A model generated the notes under the pieces. It made no database searches. It was not told the origin of the DNA and saw nothing but the letters and a program-made list of their open reading frames with translations. Shown here piece by piece: positions 1 to 13,484 of a stretch of DNA of 64,000 nucleotides (the first letter of the stretch is position 1; the number at the start of each line of letters is the position of its first letter). The translations under genes were made by a program, and so were the position numbers. Origin of the DNA: Felis catus (taxonomy: Eukaryota); contig NC_058368.1 in the NCBI RefSeq assembly GCF_018350175.1, positions 227,170,001 to 227,234,000 of the forward strand. The letters run 5' to 3'.

Positions 1-1461
1 GCCTGTGTGATGATTCAGCGTTTCTAAAAGAGCACTGAGGTATTATCAAGAGACAGGATCCTTTCTTTTCTTATTACTGCTGGATTTTATTAATATGGCA
101 GCAAGGTATCGTAACAGTCCCTGTATATCACCGTATGTGAATTTTACAATGGTGACAATGGTCCTTGAATAGGAGTTTAAAGTATTTTTCAAGTATTTTG
201 AGTCTCCAGCAATGAAAGTAACTACATAATAAGGAATGGATGATTTCAATTGAAAGGCTTTCAAAGGGAAGTAATAGGTTTAGGAAAATCCTTAAGGCAA
301 ATAGCTTCATTCTGATCAAAATTACAAGGCTTGGGAAGAAGCGGAGAATGACATTTGTCGCTGAACAGCTTCTCCCGAAGAAACTTTCCAAAGCTGGAGG
401 AGAGGTTAGGCACCTGTTGGTTTCTATTAGCATCTGGTTAAAATAATGCAGAAAAAATAGACTCAGGAATACCTTGTTCTGATGCCTCATGCCCTGGGGC
501 AGTTCTGTGGTTGACCTTCCTCTGGCAGGCTCGGACAACCGGGGAAACTCCAGCTCAACACCGGGGACTGGCTCGTGGCTCAAAGGCACAGGGGGGACGT
601 GGAATACAAACAGACAGAATGACCACTCAGGTGTCTGTGGTTGGAATCAAGGCCTTTTTTGCCATGCCTGAAAATGAAGGTGATAATGCTGCGACTGAAG
701 GAAAGATAAATGGCTTTTACTGACTGGTGCGTGACCGATGAGCAACTTGTCACTTCCCACTGGAATTTTTTTATGAGGAATCTACCGAGAAATAACAGCA
801 CCTAGAAACATCAGGCTCACTCCTGAATTCGAATGTACATACGGCCTTTTAGTCTGGGGATACGGTTCCACGCATTTTATTTGTTTCGCATCTCTGCTGT
901 GTGATGGGACTATTCCCCTTCGTCTCTGCTCTGTAGTTTCAGCGGCAGGGAGAAAGAGGAGAAAAAAGCTTGCTCGGGATGATCAAGTTCAAACAACTCC
1001 AGGCTGAGGTTGGAACCCTGACCCCTTTTGTAACGCTTACTGGAGCTTTGCGGCTTTTGTTGTTTTTGTTGTTAACTCAGAATTGTTATTTTGCCTCTTC
1101 GGTAATTAAAAGAAATCTGAAAATCATCTATCAATCAGTAAAATCGCGTTGTGGGCTTACTGTGCTTTTCACACCTGGGAACATCGCTACCTGGAGACGT
1201 AGGTAAAGATATGAATGCAGCCCAGTTCCCTGAAAAAGAAAAGGGATTGGATTTAGAAATCACATCTGCACACAATTTTAAAAGACGCAAAAAATCGTTA
1301 CTTCCAAAGCACACCTAAAGCTGGAGGGAGCCATAAAACACAAGAAGCCACATGGCACACAGAATTGTTTTGTTAGGGTACCCTCAAACACCATGAACTT
1401 CCACTTCCAGATATCACAAGGCCATTGGCTTAGAAGAATTCTCCAAGGCACCTATTTTCTT

Positions 1462-1500
<39 letters not shown>

Positions 1501-1673
1501 TGGAGAGCGTGCAAGCAGGGCAGAGAGAGAGAGAGGGAGAGAGAAAATCCGAAGCAGTCTCCGTGCTCAGCACAGAGCCCGACCTGGGGCTCGATCTCAC
1601 AACTGCAAGTTCCCAACCTGAGCCGAAATCAAGAGTCAGATGCTTGACGGACTGAGCCACACCCAGGCGCCCC
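1462..1673 (-). mobile_element. CanSINE (SINEC), (TTTA)n tail, 13-bp TSD CACCTATTTTCTT
   Basis: Reverse complement of the GGGGCGCCTGGGTG..GCTCAGTC head; TSD at 1449-1461 and 1674-1686. Confidence 0.92.
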
Positions 1674-3187
1674 CACCTATTTTCTTGAAAGCTGATAGAG
1701 TCAGCCCACCTCTCCCCGGATGGGAATGTTCAGTGGGTGCTCCGGGCACCAGGAGCTACAGTGAAGAAGGTGACTCGGGGAGCCATGGCCTCACCCAACT
1801 GTGCCCTCAATCTGGGTGATGGACCCCATCATCGTCCTGGTCCTCTTATCCCCGTTCAAGCCACCTTCATAGGACAAAGCAGCAGTGGCGATTGAACAAC
1901 GTATACAGGCTGCGGTCTGAGCATTGGATACATGCGCAAACTGACACAAAGCTAAAATAGCACAATCCGTCAGCATATATATACATCCTTCCTCCGCCCA
2001 TCAGAGAAAAGAAAAGCCCCTTTGCACCTTCAAATATGTTCAAAGGAAGAACACGTAGAAGACGAAATGACTGTTACAAAAACAAGATCCTTTTCCTAGA
2101 CGCCTTTTCTCTTTCGCAGATTTAATTTATGTGACACATAGTGGATACCAAATTGTGGCTCCTTTTGATGTTTCAGTAGCCAAAAAATAATTTACTCACT
2201 CTATGCGTCCTGTATATTAAAATGACAATATAAAGAGAAATTAGGCGGAGCCCCAACGTCCAAGGAGTTTACAGTCTAGAAGGGAACAGCTATGTGCACG
2301 TCTGACTACCTCCCAAGCTAGAAACGTGGAATCAGGTGCTTTAGGATAAGCCCAGACAGGAGGTCAGAGTGAGGGAGATCATTCCAGAAAGCAAAGGAGA
2401 CAGAATAGATGAGATTGCCAGGGAGTCAGGAACAAAGCAGGACTGAGCAGAAGGAAGGCTGGGAAGTTAGGATGGCATCTTGATGTGGGAAGCTTCATTA
2501 CAACACACAAAGGGGGTCGACTTCATTCTCTGCATGTTAACGAAGAGCAATGCGATAGACGGCTGTGGGCTTTTCCAGCCTTGCCAGACACGAACTTAGA
2601 AGGATGACCCCAGTGACAGCACCTTGCTTGATTGTCTTGTTTGAATTCATTTGGGGCAGCTGCAGGGAGAAAAGTAAGAAGTTCTGTGGGAGGTGACTAC
2701 TTGGGACTAGCAAGAGATAACGAACGTTGGGTCTGGGGAGTCGCAGTAGACCGGAAACACCCAACAGTGATCTCTTAGGATAAATATGCTCCCGTTTTAT
2801 TTCATGAAAACACAGAAAAGACACGTAGCAACTCACTCAACATGCATCCACCTCTTCTAATATTCACAACCATCCTTTGTGATAGAAACTGCCAAATTTC
2901 ACCTCAGTTCTAAGATGTTTATTTTTTACATGTTAATATGTCTAGGAATTGGGTGTGTTTTACAGTCGGTATGTACATTGAATATGGGAGCGATGCTGAT
3001 TTGTTTCATATGGTTTGTTTTTCAAGATGGTCAGTGGTGCCTTAAGAAGAAGGACATGGAAAGATATTGTGCCCATTTTTAGGTGAGATTGAGGCAAAGG
3101 TAGTAACAAGCTCCAACCTCTGGTAGGTGAGAAATCAGGTAAGAAAACCCGCCCAGCTGTCTGAAAGCTCTACTCTGAATGATACTT

Positions 3188-3402
3188 TTCTTTTCTTTTT
3201 TTAAGTTTACTTTACATATTTTGAGACAGAGGGGTGGGGTGGGAAGGGGCAGAGAGAGAAAGACAGAGAGAGAGAATCTGAAGCAGGCTCTGCACTATCA
3301 GCACGGAGCCCAACATGGGGCTCATCTCAGGAACCATGAGATCATGACCTGAATAGAAATCAAGAGTCAGACAGTTAACCCGTTGAGCCCCCCAGGCAAC
3401 CC
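3188..3402 (-). mobile_element. CanSINE, older diverged copy
   Basis: tRNA-like head, GA-rich middle, T tail; imperfect TSD ctgaatga(t/c)act. Confidence 0.88.
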
Positions 3403-3524
3403 TGAATGACACTCTTCTAAGGCACAAGAAATCATGTATTCCCTTGCAAGGAAATTACATTCCAAGATACTCAGCTACCCCACTAACCCAGTCAAAACAT
3501 CGCCTGTATTATGCCACTTTTTCA

Positions 3525-3593
3525 ATCTATTCATTCAATAAGCATAGATTCGGCTCCCATCTGCCCTGCATTATGCTCGCAGCCATGCGGACG

Positions 3594-3633
<40 letters not shown>

Positions 3634-4090
3634 CACATGGAGCTCAAAGACCAATGGGAGAGACAGACATCAAACAATGATGACATAGAGAAACGTTAAA
3701 TTGCAAATTGCAAAACATTACAAGCAAAACACAAGATGCTATGATATACATCAGAGGATCTAAGATGTGATCTGGGCCATCGGGTTAGCCTTTTCTCAAA
3801 ATGTGATTTTTTCATTCATCGAAAAGATTCCACTAAGACTGAGCAAAGAAGGGTGCTGGTGTGGAAATTCTTGGGTCAGAAGTTATTTCAAGAAGGAATC
3901 AGACTATTCCAGGCAATGGAAATAGCATGGACAAAGGCCCTGAGGCCAGAGGGAACATACTGTTTTTGAGGTCTAGAAAGAAGGTCAAGGAGGTTTGAGG
4001 GGAATAGTTTGCATATGAAATAAGACCAGAAGGGCATGTGGGTCATGGAGAAGATGTGACTATTTGGCCTATGAGCACTGGGAGGCAGCT
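3525..4090 (-). mobile_element. Degenerate L2 fragment
   Basis: ttcattcaataagcat start and aggcaatggaaatagcatggacaaaggccctgagg resemble the antisense L2 3' region. Confidence 0.55.
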
Positions 4091-5017
4091 ACTTTTTTAC
4101 TTTGAAAGGTTGGATGGATGAAAATCTTATGGTGATAATTGTGTATGCCAATAATTTCTTTTATCACAAACTGGAAGGCTCCTTCAAAATAGTTGGGACT
4201 TATGTCTACAAACATTCTAGAAGTGAATATGTGGGCCACAACTAACATATGTTACATGTCAATTAACAGACCACGTCTACACCATTGGTTCAACTGAACC
4301 CTATAATACTCCTAAATAGCCTGTTGACTAGAATCGATTTCAGATATGGAGAGGTGTGTCCATATGAGAAGGACTTTTGTTGGTCGTAGTGAACATCTGG
4401 GCTGGACGATCGCATTTAGAAAGGGACAGCCACTTCGGTTAAATCAGGGTTTTTTTCTGAGAGTATTGCCTCTGGATCCCGACTGATACAAGACAGAAAC
4501 AACTACAGAATAACAGGTTGTCTTTCCTCTATGAAGGAAGAGTATGGTGTATGTGTTGGCCACAGAGTAGGAGGTGGTAAACAGTAATAAGACTGGCCCT
4601 CATCCTAATGACTGGAAGTGACCGAACTCATCGGGGCTGGGGCAGGGGGCTCTAAGGTTCCCACAGGAACAAACATTATGAAAACTGCCCACCTGGGCAG
4701 TCTTCTAGCCACAAGCCACTCCCTTCCTAAGGTCTGAATGGCCCCTAGAGGAAACCCAAAAGGAAATAGGCCTGCGGGATCAGGAAAACAAATTTGTAAT
4801 AGAGGTAGATAAATTTAGGAGTTTTATTATCCAATTAAAAGACCTTAAAATCAGCAAGTATCCCACACAGTACTCGCAGGAGCGACAACTGGTGCAGCCT
4901 TTTGGAAAACCAGTCTGGCAGCGTGTCGATAGCCTTAAAAATGCCCATATATTTTGAACCCATAGTTCTCTCCCTAGAAATTGATCATAAAGGAATAACC
5001 AGAAATACCCAACATTC

Positions 5018-5185
5018 AGGGCACCTGGGTGGCTCGGTCAGTTAAGCGTCTGATTTTAGCTCAGGTCATGAGCTCATGGCTCATGAGTTTGGGCCCCGCA
5101 TCAGGCTCTGTGCTGACAGCTCAGAGCCTGGAGCCTGCTTCGGATTCTGGGTCTCCCGCTCTCTGCCCCTCCCCCACTCGCATTC

Positions 5186-5232
<47 letters not shown>

Positions 5233-5262
5233 AATAAATAAACATAAAAAAAATTAAAAAAG
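5018..5262 (+). mobile_element. CanSINE with (TG)~20 microsatellite in the CT-rich region, within old L1M-like sequence
   Basis: SINEC head and body, (TG)n at ~5189-5229, A tail, imperfect TSD agaaatac..a..ttca. Confidence 0.92.
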
Positions 5263-5404
5263 AAATACATAATGTTCACAGATCCATTACTTAACAGGGA
5301 CAAAAAGTCAGAAATAGTTTATGTGTCCAGTTACAGGAAAATGATAGAATAAATTGTAATGCATAAAGATGAACTATTTTGAAGCCACTCAAAACCATAC
5401 GCTA

Positions 5405-5775
5405 AAAAAAAATTCAACCAAGTAAATCTGAAGGTCTATTTGGCTTTACTAAGTGATTTATGAAACGGGCAGTATCCCATCTAGCAAGTTGAGGGAAGTT
5501 CCAAGGAGCTGTACAAAATGGAAGGATTTTATAGACAATTAACAAAAGAAAAGGAGGAAACGTTTCAGGCAAGGTCAACTTCCCTTAAGGGGAAGGACAC
5601 GAGGTCTTATCAGGGGGATTATTTCACCTGCCATTGGGGGGTGGAGTGGGCTTATGGGACAGATTACCTCACTGATGCTGAGCAAAAATTCTTGACTTAC
5701 CAGTTAAGATTATTTTTCTGGAGGAGATTGAAACTGTAATTAGGTTAGGTATTAAGCCTTGGTTTAGTGTCTCGT
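5405..5775. mobile_element. Probable carnivore ERV LTR fragment
   Basis: Resembles carnivore LTR repeats from recall (ttggctttactaagtgatttatgaaacgggcagtatcccatctagcaa); family and orientation not assigned. Confidence 0.4.
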
Positions 5776-5899
5776 GTCTAGTGACATTAGTGTCTAAAAT
5801 GACAGTAGTGATTATGTCTGAGTTCTGGTCACTTGCTCCTTCTACACTTTATTTTCTAAATTTTCTATAATATCACAAAAAGGTTCTAAAAATAAGAGA

Positions 5900-6116
5900 G
5901 GCATACCTGGGTGGCTCAGTCGGTTAAGCGTCTGACTCTTGATTTCAGCTTAGGTCATGATCTCACTATTTGTGGGATCGAGCTCCATGTCAAGCTCTGT
6001 GCTGGCAGCAGTCAGCCTGCTTAGAATTATCTTTCTCTCTCTCTCTCTCTCTCTCTCCCCGCCCCCCGCCTCTCTCTCTCTCTCTCTCAAAATAAGTAAT
6101 AGACATTTTAAAAAAT
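5900..6116 (+). mobile_element. CanSINE
   Basis: cctgggtggctcagtcggttaagcgtctgactcttgatttc head, (CT)n, A tail. Confidence 0.9.
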
Positions 6117-6861
6117 AGGCAAAAGTATAGGAAAACGATGGGCCTTCCATACAGAATTGACTTGTTTTTACTTCAGCTACTTAATGAAGGAACAGAACGC
6201 TCTAGATGAAAGTTGGAGACCACTTTGTTTCTAGTCCTAAACCCTTTCTTCCCGGGTATACATCTATCTGGTCCGTGTTTGTATACTTTTCCGTATAGCA
6301 TGCTTTCCATAAGCATTTACATAATGGTATTCTCTGAGTTCTTCCAAACTAGCATAGTTGACTACACGGGTCAAGTTTATGACTCACTCTCCTCTCATTC
6401 ACATGAGCTTTTTTTGAGAGCCATTCAGGTTGCTATGCGTTGAACCAACTGATTTATTTTAATGGCTCTAGAGTGGTCATCAAGTGTATGGCAACTAATC
6501 CATTCCTTTCTGATAGACGTTTCGGTTGTTTCCAGATGTTTGGTTGTTTCCAGCTACTACAAAGTATGTGTGGTGTGGAGCCTTTATAATCAGAAAAGAT
6601 GGTGGAGGACGCCACTGAGTCTACTGAGAGGGAAGGTCCTGCTTCCCAGAGACAGGTCTGCCCCAGGGCTCTCTCTGATGCTTTGAAGACGGGCCAAAGG
6701 CCCATCTCACCTGACCAGGCACCCTCCGACCCGACCTATACTTTCAACTGCTCAAACATCTACAACTGGAGCAGTTTCCCTGGCCGCGGAAGTGGCGGAA
6801 ATGGCCGCCATGAAGAGCTGCTGGAAATACAACGACCTCGTCACCTTGTGCCATTGTCGTT

Positions 6862-6998
6862 CTCATTTTCTCAGTTGGGAGAATGAGGCACAGAGAGGTT
6901 AAGTAACTTGCCCAAGGTCACACAGCTGGTGAGAGGTGGAGCTGGATTGAAACTCAGGCAATGTGACTCCAAAGTCCATACTCTTAACCTCTGTACTC
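6862..6998 (-). mobile_element. MIR
   Basis: tgaggcacagagaggttaagtaacttgcccaaggtcacacagctgg = MIR core. Confidence 0.88.
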
Positions 6999-7609
6999 TA
7001 CGGCCTCCCACAATTTTCCACTGGCCCGCTCTTTATCTCATTTCCCCTTTTACAGCCTCACCTCACCCGAGCTTCAAGGCAGAGAAGCAAGGCGGCCCTG
7101 TCTCCCTGGTCTGGACTCTGATTCCTCTCCTTAGTCATCAACCACCTTGGCTTCTGTGCTCACACTGCTTTGGCTCCTTAACCACACACACACCACCACC
7201 CCCCTCAACAAATCTTTATAATCATGCTTCTGGTTTTATCACTGTTTATATTATTTCTTGAGGCGCTCAAATCCTGATGTCCTGGTCCCTTTCTTCCTCA
7301 CTGGACACTGACATCCTGCTGCCAAAGCACTTGGGGAGGAAACAAAGTGGAAACGTTGCAAGCGACTCTCATTCTCTCTCTAGAAAGCCTGTATACCGAG
7401 TACGAAGGGGATCCCTCCCAACAGGAAATCAGTCAAGACCCTGCCCACGCTCGGGAAGACACCCGATGTCGTGGACATCTACCTGTCATTTGGGGTAGAG
7501 TTTCTTCCCTTGTTGAGATCATTACTCGGGTCAAGTTGGTGAATTGTAGGACTCTGACCTTTTTTGACGTTACTGATTTTCTTCCCGCCTGTTTGATCAG
7601 CTGCTGAGA

Positions 7610-8010
7610 GAGGTGTGTTGGTAACATATATAATGTTAGATAGTCTACAACAATCATGTGGATTGTGAGTCCTCCTTTTAGTTCTGCTAATTTTTGTTTC
7701 ATGTGGTTTAAAGCCATGTTGTTAGGTCTATAAAATTTAGGATTGTTCTGTTTCTGTTGAATAGCTTACTTTATCAGTAAGAAATGTCCCTCTTCTCCAG
7801 TAGACCTTACCTTAGAATCTATTCATTTTTATAGCAATACAGCTACCACAGACTTCTGGTGACTAGTTTCAGTGGTATATTATCCTACTTTTTTTTTTTT
7901 TTTACCTTCAATCAATCTGTCCTTTTATTTAAGCCACGTCTCTTAAAAACAGCATATAAGTTGCTTCTCATCCAGCAGGACAATCTTTGACTTCTAATTG
8001 CAGTGTTTGG
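7610..8010 (-). mobile_element. Old L1 (L1M-like) fragment
   Basis: T-rich antisense L1-like sequence (gttctgctaatttttgtttcatgtggtttaaagccatgttgttaggt). Confidence 0.55.
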
Positions 8011-8016
8011 ACCACG

Positions 8017-8725
8017 TGTTAGTTTCCTGGCCGTGTTGTGACAAATGACCACAAAACTATGACTTAAAACAACAGAAACATAGTCTCTCAAAGGACTGGA
8101 TGCTAGAAATCCAAAATCAAGGTGTCAGCAGGGTTACATACACTTTGCTGGAAGCTTCTAGGGAAGGATCCTTTCTCACCTCTTCTGAAGGCTGATTGTT
8201 ATGGAAACTCCTGGCATTTCTTGGTTTCTGGCAGAATAAGGCCATCCTGTGCCTCTGTTGCCTCTGCCTCACATGGCCTCCTTCTCTGTGTGCCGCATCC
8301 AGCCCATGGCCAAATCTCTCCTTCTAAGGACACAAGGCATTGGATTTAAGGTCCACCCTAACTCTGGGTGACCTCCTCTTAATTTCTTCCCCCACTTTCA
8401 TTGAGAGAAAGTTGACGGTCAGCGCTGTGTAAGTGGAAGGTATACAACACAATTAATTTATGTGTATTATGAGATGGTGACCACAGGGAGTGTGGGTAAT
8501 ATCCATCATCTTGTATAGATAGAAAAAAAAAAAGGGAAAGCAAGAAAGGGAAAGAAAAGTCTTTTCCTGGTGATGAGAACTCTTGGGATTTAATCTCTTG
8601 GACCTCATCTTGGTAACATCTGCAAAGACCCTACATACAAATAAGGTCATCTTCAGAGGTGTGGGGGGAGGGGGGGTAGGACTTGAACATCTCTTTTAGG
8701 GGGAACACAGTTCAGCCCACTTCAG
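8017..8725 (-). mobile_element. MLT1 (MaLR) solo LTR interrupted by an antisense L1MA-like 3' end (~8395-8595)
   Basis: tgttagtttcct...acaaatgaccacaaa...gacttaaaacaacagaaa...aaatcaaggtgtcagcagggt; resumes at acatctgcaaagacccta...aaataaggtca after the insert. Confidence 0.8.
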
Positions 8726-11210
8726 TCCATCTGTGTTTGACACGATTACTGATACTGCTGGAAGGCACGGAAGGGGTGGGGAAGCCTGTCACAGCGCACG
8801 GTGACAGCCTTCTGGCTGGACACTGCCCTCCGTTAGCACAGATCTCATAGTTCTGGGATGGGATTAGGCTGCCCGTGAGAATGAATTGAATCAAACTAAA
8901 TGTATTATTATCAACCCAGAGTGGTTAGAGAGTTGTCGCCTTTCCAGTATTAGGTAAAGGGACTTCTGTACATTTTTATATTCCAGAAGGTTCCAATAAG
9001 TGTGGACTATTGCACCTATATTTCATGGCCTTCATTTTGTCTTTTTGCTGCTCCCAAGTCTTTCTCCCTACTCCCCACCCTCCACCCGCTCTCTGGAGTT
9101 TTCCATGTAAAGGACTGATGAGCTCAAGCCCCATTCCTCGGGTCAAACACCTACAAAACTATTTTATAAACTATAAAATGCAAAGTTTATGATCATTATG
9201 GCTCTGTTAGCAAAGAAAAAAAAAGAAGTGTTACCTGCTGAGATGACAACCGTGTCTGGCTACAATAATCACACATGGAATAAAAACCAAAGTCTTTGGT
9301 CTGGTTTCCAAACTTGCCACCACCCGCCCCTGACCTAGGCCTATCTTGTCTTCCAGCCCAACACTCCCCTGGGTCCCAAATGCCCCAGGTACCCCCAGGG
9401 GAAAAGCCCTGTGCTTTCATATTCATGCTGCTTCTGACTTTCAGAAATGCGCTTCCCTACATCTTGAGGTGCCCTAATCTTACTAAGATAGCAAGTGTTT
9501 TTAGTTCCTCTTCCTGGACCCCATCCTGAAGGCTCAGTGCAAATGCCATGTGTTCTGTGAGCTGCCCTCCACACTCCAGCCGGGAGAAATCTGTCCCTTC
9601 TCACTTCCCCTGTGTCTCTCTCCAGCACGTCATCATTTTCTGCCTCTAATAGAGTCATGCACATACACACCTTATATCCTGTCTAGATTATAAGCATCCT
9701 AAGAACAGAGGCTCTCTCTTACTTATCACTACGCTCCCAAGTCTTAAGCAATTTCCTGGGAGACAGAGGCTGAGGGCATTTGCCTCATGTTTTCAACAGA
9801 GAGATCCACCGATGCTCAAAATGTAAGAATACATCCATCCCATGGTCACCCACAAATCAATAAAGACATAATATAAATTCAGGCTTCATTGTGGGGTCAA
9901 GCCTCTGAGAAGAAATATCCCTGGGATTATTCTCTCCTTTCTGAGCCGGAAGTCCTTGTCTCCTCATAAATACTGAAAAACTTACGGTGTGAAATACCTG
10001 ATTTGTTTCTTGACCATTACTGATTTCCATATCAGCTGGTTCAGAAAAAAGCAATTATACAACCGACGTAATAAATCCTTTACAAGGCAAAATAGTTCCA
10101 GGTGGTTCCAATCACATACAATCTTTCTGATGTGGCTCTAATGTTTGCTACGTCGTAAAAGTGACTTTTTAACTTTTGAGCTACTTTGCAACGAGGGGTA
10201 GATTTATCATCAGGACGATGACTTCTGCTCGCCTAGAAAGTGCGGCAGGAGTTTATTGGCTGTGGTGATTCATGATTCACCAAGGGGACAATAAAAATGA
10301 GGTCCACCACATATCAAGCCCTTTCTGGGGTCATGGTACATGCCTCACTGTACCTTCTGTTGTGTGATCTGCCTCTCTTTACAAGGCTGTTCTTTTTGTA
10401 GTTGTGGGTACCAGCTCAATTCTGTTGGGTTGGGCTGAGTGTTAGGAAATGTGGGTTAAAAAAAAAAAAAGGATTGTCATTACCTATTTGTATTCTGTCA
10501 GTCACGCTAATCACCGGACAACGATATGAACCCAATGAGAAAGAGATTCTACCTGACTCTACTCTTCCTGAGGCAGACAAACTATAAGATTTCCATCAGT
10601 TCATCTGACATGTGGAAACTGGTGCATTTCTGCTGGCGTCCTGGGAGCTTTGCTTGCGTGTTTATTTCGATTTGAGTTTTTGTTTTCAAGTAGAGTGACA
10701 GGTCAAATCTGACCTCCCCATTCTTTTCTCTCCGGGCACATCAACATTACACTGGGCAAGCCCATTGTTTAATACTTCCTCTTACAGGCTCTGTTCTTCC
10801 AACAAAACAGCCCTGGCCTTGTTGAGCAATGCTCTGTTCCCCTCCTTCTCTTCCCCCTCCTTCACTCCCTACCCAGAAAGTCTAGCTGCCTGCTCTCAGT
10901 CTTTAGAAACGTACGTTCACCAACCACCCAAAACGATGCCTATCTGAACAGAACTCCTCAAAAGAAAACCCCTGCAGCCATTTTGCTGAAATCCAAGGGG
11001 TGTTCCTTTCGTGGAGTTGGGGGTCTTATTATCAATGGCTGCTTAGATCCGCTGGGCATGATGGGAAAGAGGGTATTTATGAGTAGGGATCATAATCATC
11101 CCCTAAAGACACCCGCCTACCTTCTTTCTCCAATAGAGGCTCTGCTGCTGATTGCTTCTTAACCTTCTTTACAGCCGCCATTCCCAGTTACCAGGATTTC
11201 ACAGAAATCT

Positions 11211-11240
11211 AAACAACAACAACAACAACAACAATAACAA
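11211..11240 (+). repeat. (AAC)n microsatellite
   Basis: Directly visible. Confidence 0.85.
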
Positions 11241-11249
11241 AAGACAACT

Positions 11250-12030
11250 ATCTCAACATCACTCATCATCAGGGAAATGCAAATCAAAACCTCAAAGAGA
11301 TATCACCTCACACCAGTCAGAATGGCCAGGATCAAAAAGACAAGCATGACAAGTGTTGGTGAGGATGTGGAGAAGGGGGAACACTTTTGCACTGCTGTTG
11401 ATGGGAATGTAAACCGGTGTAGACACTGTGGAAAACAATACGGAGATTCGTAAAAAAATTAAGAATAGAAATGCCATATGATCCAATAATTCCACTACTG
11501 GGTATTTACCCACAGGAAATGAGAACACTCATTCAAAATGACATATTGCACATTTACCTTTATTGTAGCATTGTTTACAATAGCCAAGATAATGGAAGCC
11601 ACCTAAGGGTCCATTGTTAGATGAATCGCTAAAGATGTGGTATATACACAACGGGATATAGATATATACAATGGAATATTACTCGACCATAAAAAAGAAT
11701 GAGATCTTGCCATTTGCAGCAATGTAGATGGACCTAGAGGGTATTATGCTAAGTGAATTAAATCAGACACAGAGAGACAAATACCATATTATTTCACTTA
11801 CGTGTGGAATCTAAGAAAAGAAAACAAACAAACAGACCCATAAATATAGAGAATAAACTGGCATTTCCAGAGGGGGAAGGGATGAGGGAGGTGGGCAAAA
11901 TAGACGAAGGAGATTAAGAGGTGCAAATTTCTAGTTATCAAATATGGGGATGAAAAGTACAGCATAAGGACGATAGCCGACAATATTGTAACAACATTGT
12001 ATGGTGACAGATGGTAACTACGCTTGCGGT
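11250..12030 (+). mobile_element. 5'-truncated L1: ORF2 C-terminal remnant plus 3' UTR (L1MA9-like)
   Basis: catcagggaaatgcaaatcaaaacc...cacctcacaccagtcagaatggc, ccatatgatccaataattccactactgggtatttaccc and gatggacctagagggtattatgctaagtgaa are classic L1 3' motifs. Confidence 0.92.
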
Positions 12031-12569
12031 GGGAAAAAGAAGAATTATAACTACCAATGATTGCCGCCATTATTTTTGGAAGCTCACCCGAATATCAGAA
12101 AAGAATGGATGTGATCTCCCCATGAAGGCAGTTCTCTAAGTGAATGAAGTTAGCTTTATGTTCTTAGTTGTCTCCAATCAGAGGCTGGTGAAGCTTTAAT
12201 CCTGAGCTGGCAGTGGCCCATGGCCCAGCACTTGGGAGTTGTTGCTCTGGATATCCGTGCGTTCGACCAAAGCAATGATTAGCTCCTACGCTTTGCAGAT
12301 CGTGGTAAGCATAAAGTTGACTGTGGGTGTATTTATTCCTTGCATCATTCCAAAGTGGTTAGGAAGAACTTGGACCAAAGAGGTAGACGCATCTCCATCC
12401 AGAGCCCAGTTCTAACGCTCGACACCTAAGTGACCTTTGGTAAGTCTCCTAACCTTTCTTAGCTTCTGATGCTATATCTACAAAACAGAGAGGCAGCAAA
12501 ATCCACTGAGTCGAGAAGGGAATTAAATGAGGATGATCCAAGGGTCCTTGTGTCAGCAAACTAGGCATT

Positions 12570-12850
12570 GTTTTGACTGAAGTATAATTGATACACGACA
12601 TCCTATTCGTTTCTGGTGTACATCACAGTGATCATTATGAAATGATCCCGTGATAAGTCAAGATTCCATCTGTCGCCGTACAGAGTCATTACAGTATCAT
12701 TGACGATATTCCCTAGGCTGTGTGTCATATCCCCGTAATGTATTTATTTTTTTAACTGAAACTTGTGCCTCTTACTCCCCTTCACCTATTTTGCCCACCC
12801 TTTGCCCCCTCCCCGTTGGTAACCAACAATTTGTTTCCGGTATCTTTGAG
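12570..12850 (-). mobile_element. L1 3' end fragment (L1MA-like), preceded by a MIR-like remnant at ~12400-12530
   Basis: gaagtataattgatacacgacat...ggtgtacatcacagtgat...acttgtgcctcttactcccc. Confidence 0.75.
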
Positions 12851-13484
12851 CAGGTTAGTCACCTGTGACGAGCACTGTGCGGGAACTGGAGTGTCTAATA
12901 ATATGCCATACGTAGACCTCGAAGACACAGAGATGAAAGTCCCCATCTTGACCTCAAGGAACTCCCAGAGTAAAGAGGGGCGCCCATAAGAGGACAGCCA
13001 GATACACTGAAACTGGTTGGGATAGAGGCAAATGCCAGAAGCTACCGGGGCTTGTGGAGGATTCAGAGTTAGGCGAAATCAGAATCAGAGGCTTCTCGGG
13101 GAGGTGAAGTCAGAGCAAAAGCTTCAGGGACGTAAAATTAAAACAAAACCACCAACACCAAGAAAGAAGGGTCAATTTGGCTTCTAGATGTGAATGAGAC
13201 CAACTCGTAGTGCTGTACCTAAAATGCGCAGATTAAAGTCAGGCAGACAAAAGGCCCTCCGTCATCTCGTTTCAGCATGCCTATGGAGTGAAAAAATGGC
13301 TTTCATCAAAGAAGCAATTTTCCTCTGTCTTGCTGCCTCCATTCTATTTGGGTTGCCCTAAGAAAATTCTTCTCTGCCAATTCTGACCTGAAGAAGATGA
13401 GTTTTTGGTGAAAAGAGAAAGAGAAGTTACAGCTCATAGTTTTTGAGAAATCCCGAAGGGAGCTCTTTCAAGAAAACCAGAGTA

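Noticed and set aside
128..589. 153-aa minus-strand ORF and neighbouring ORFs at the window start
   Set aside because: No recognisable protein similarity or exon structure; consistent with chance.
11250..12030. Potentially active L1 ORF2
   Set aside because: Short, 5'-truncated and disrupted; no long ORF in the track.
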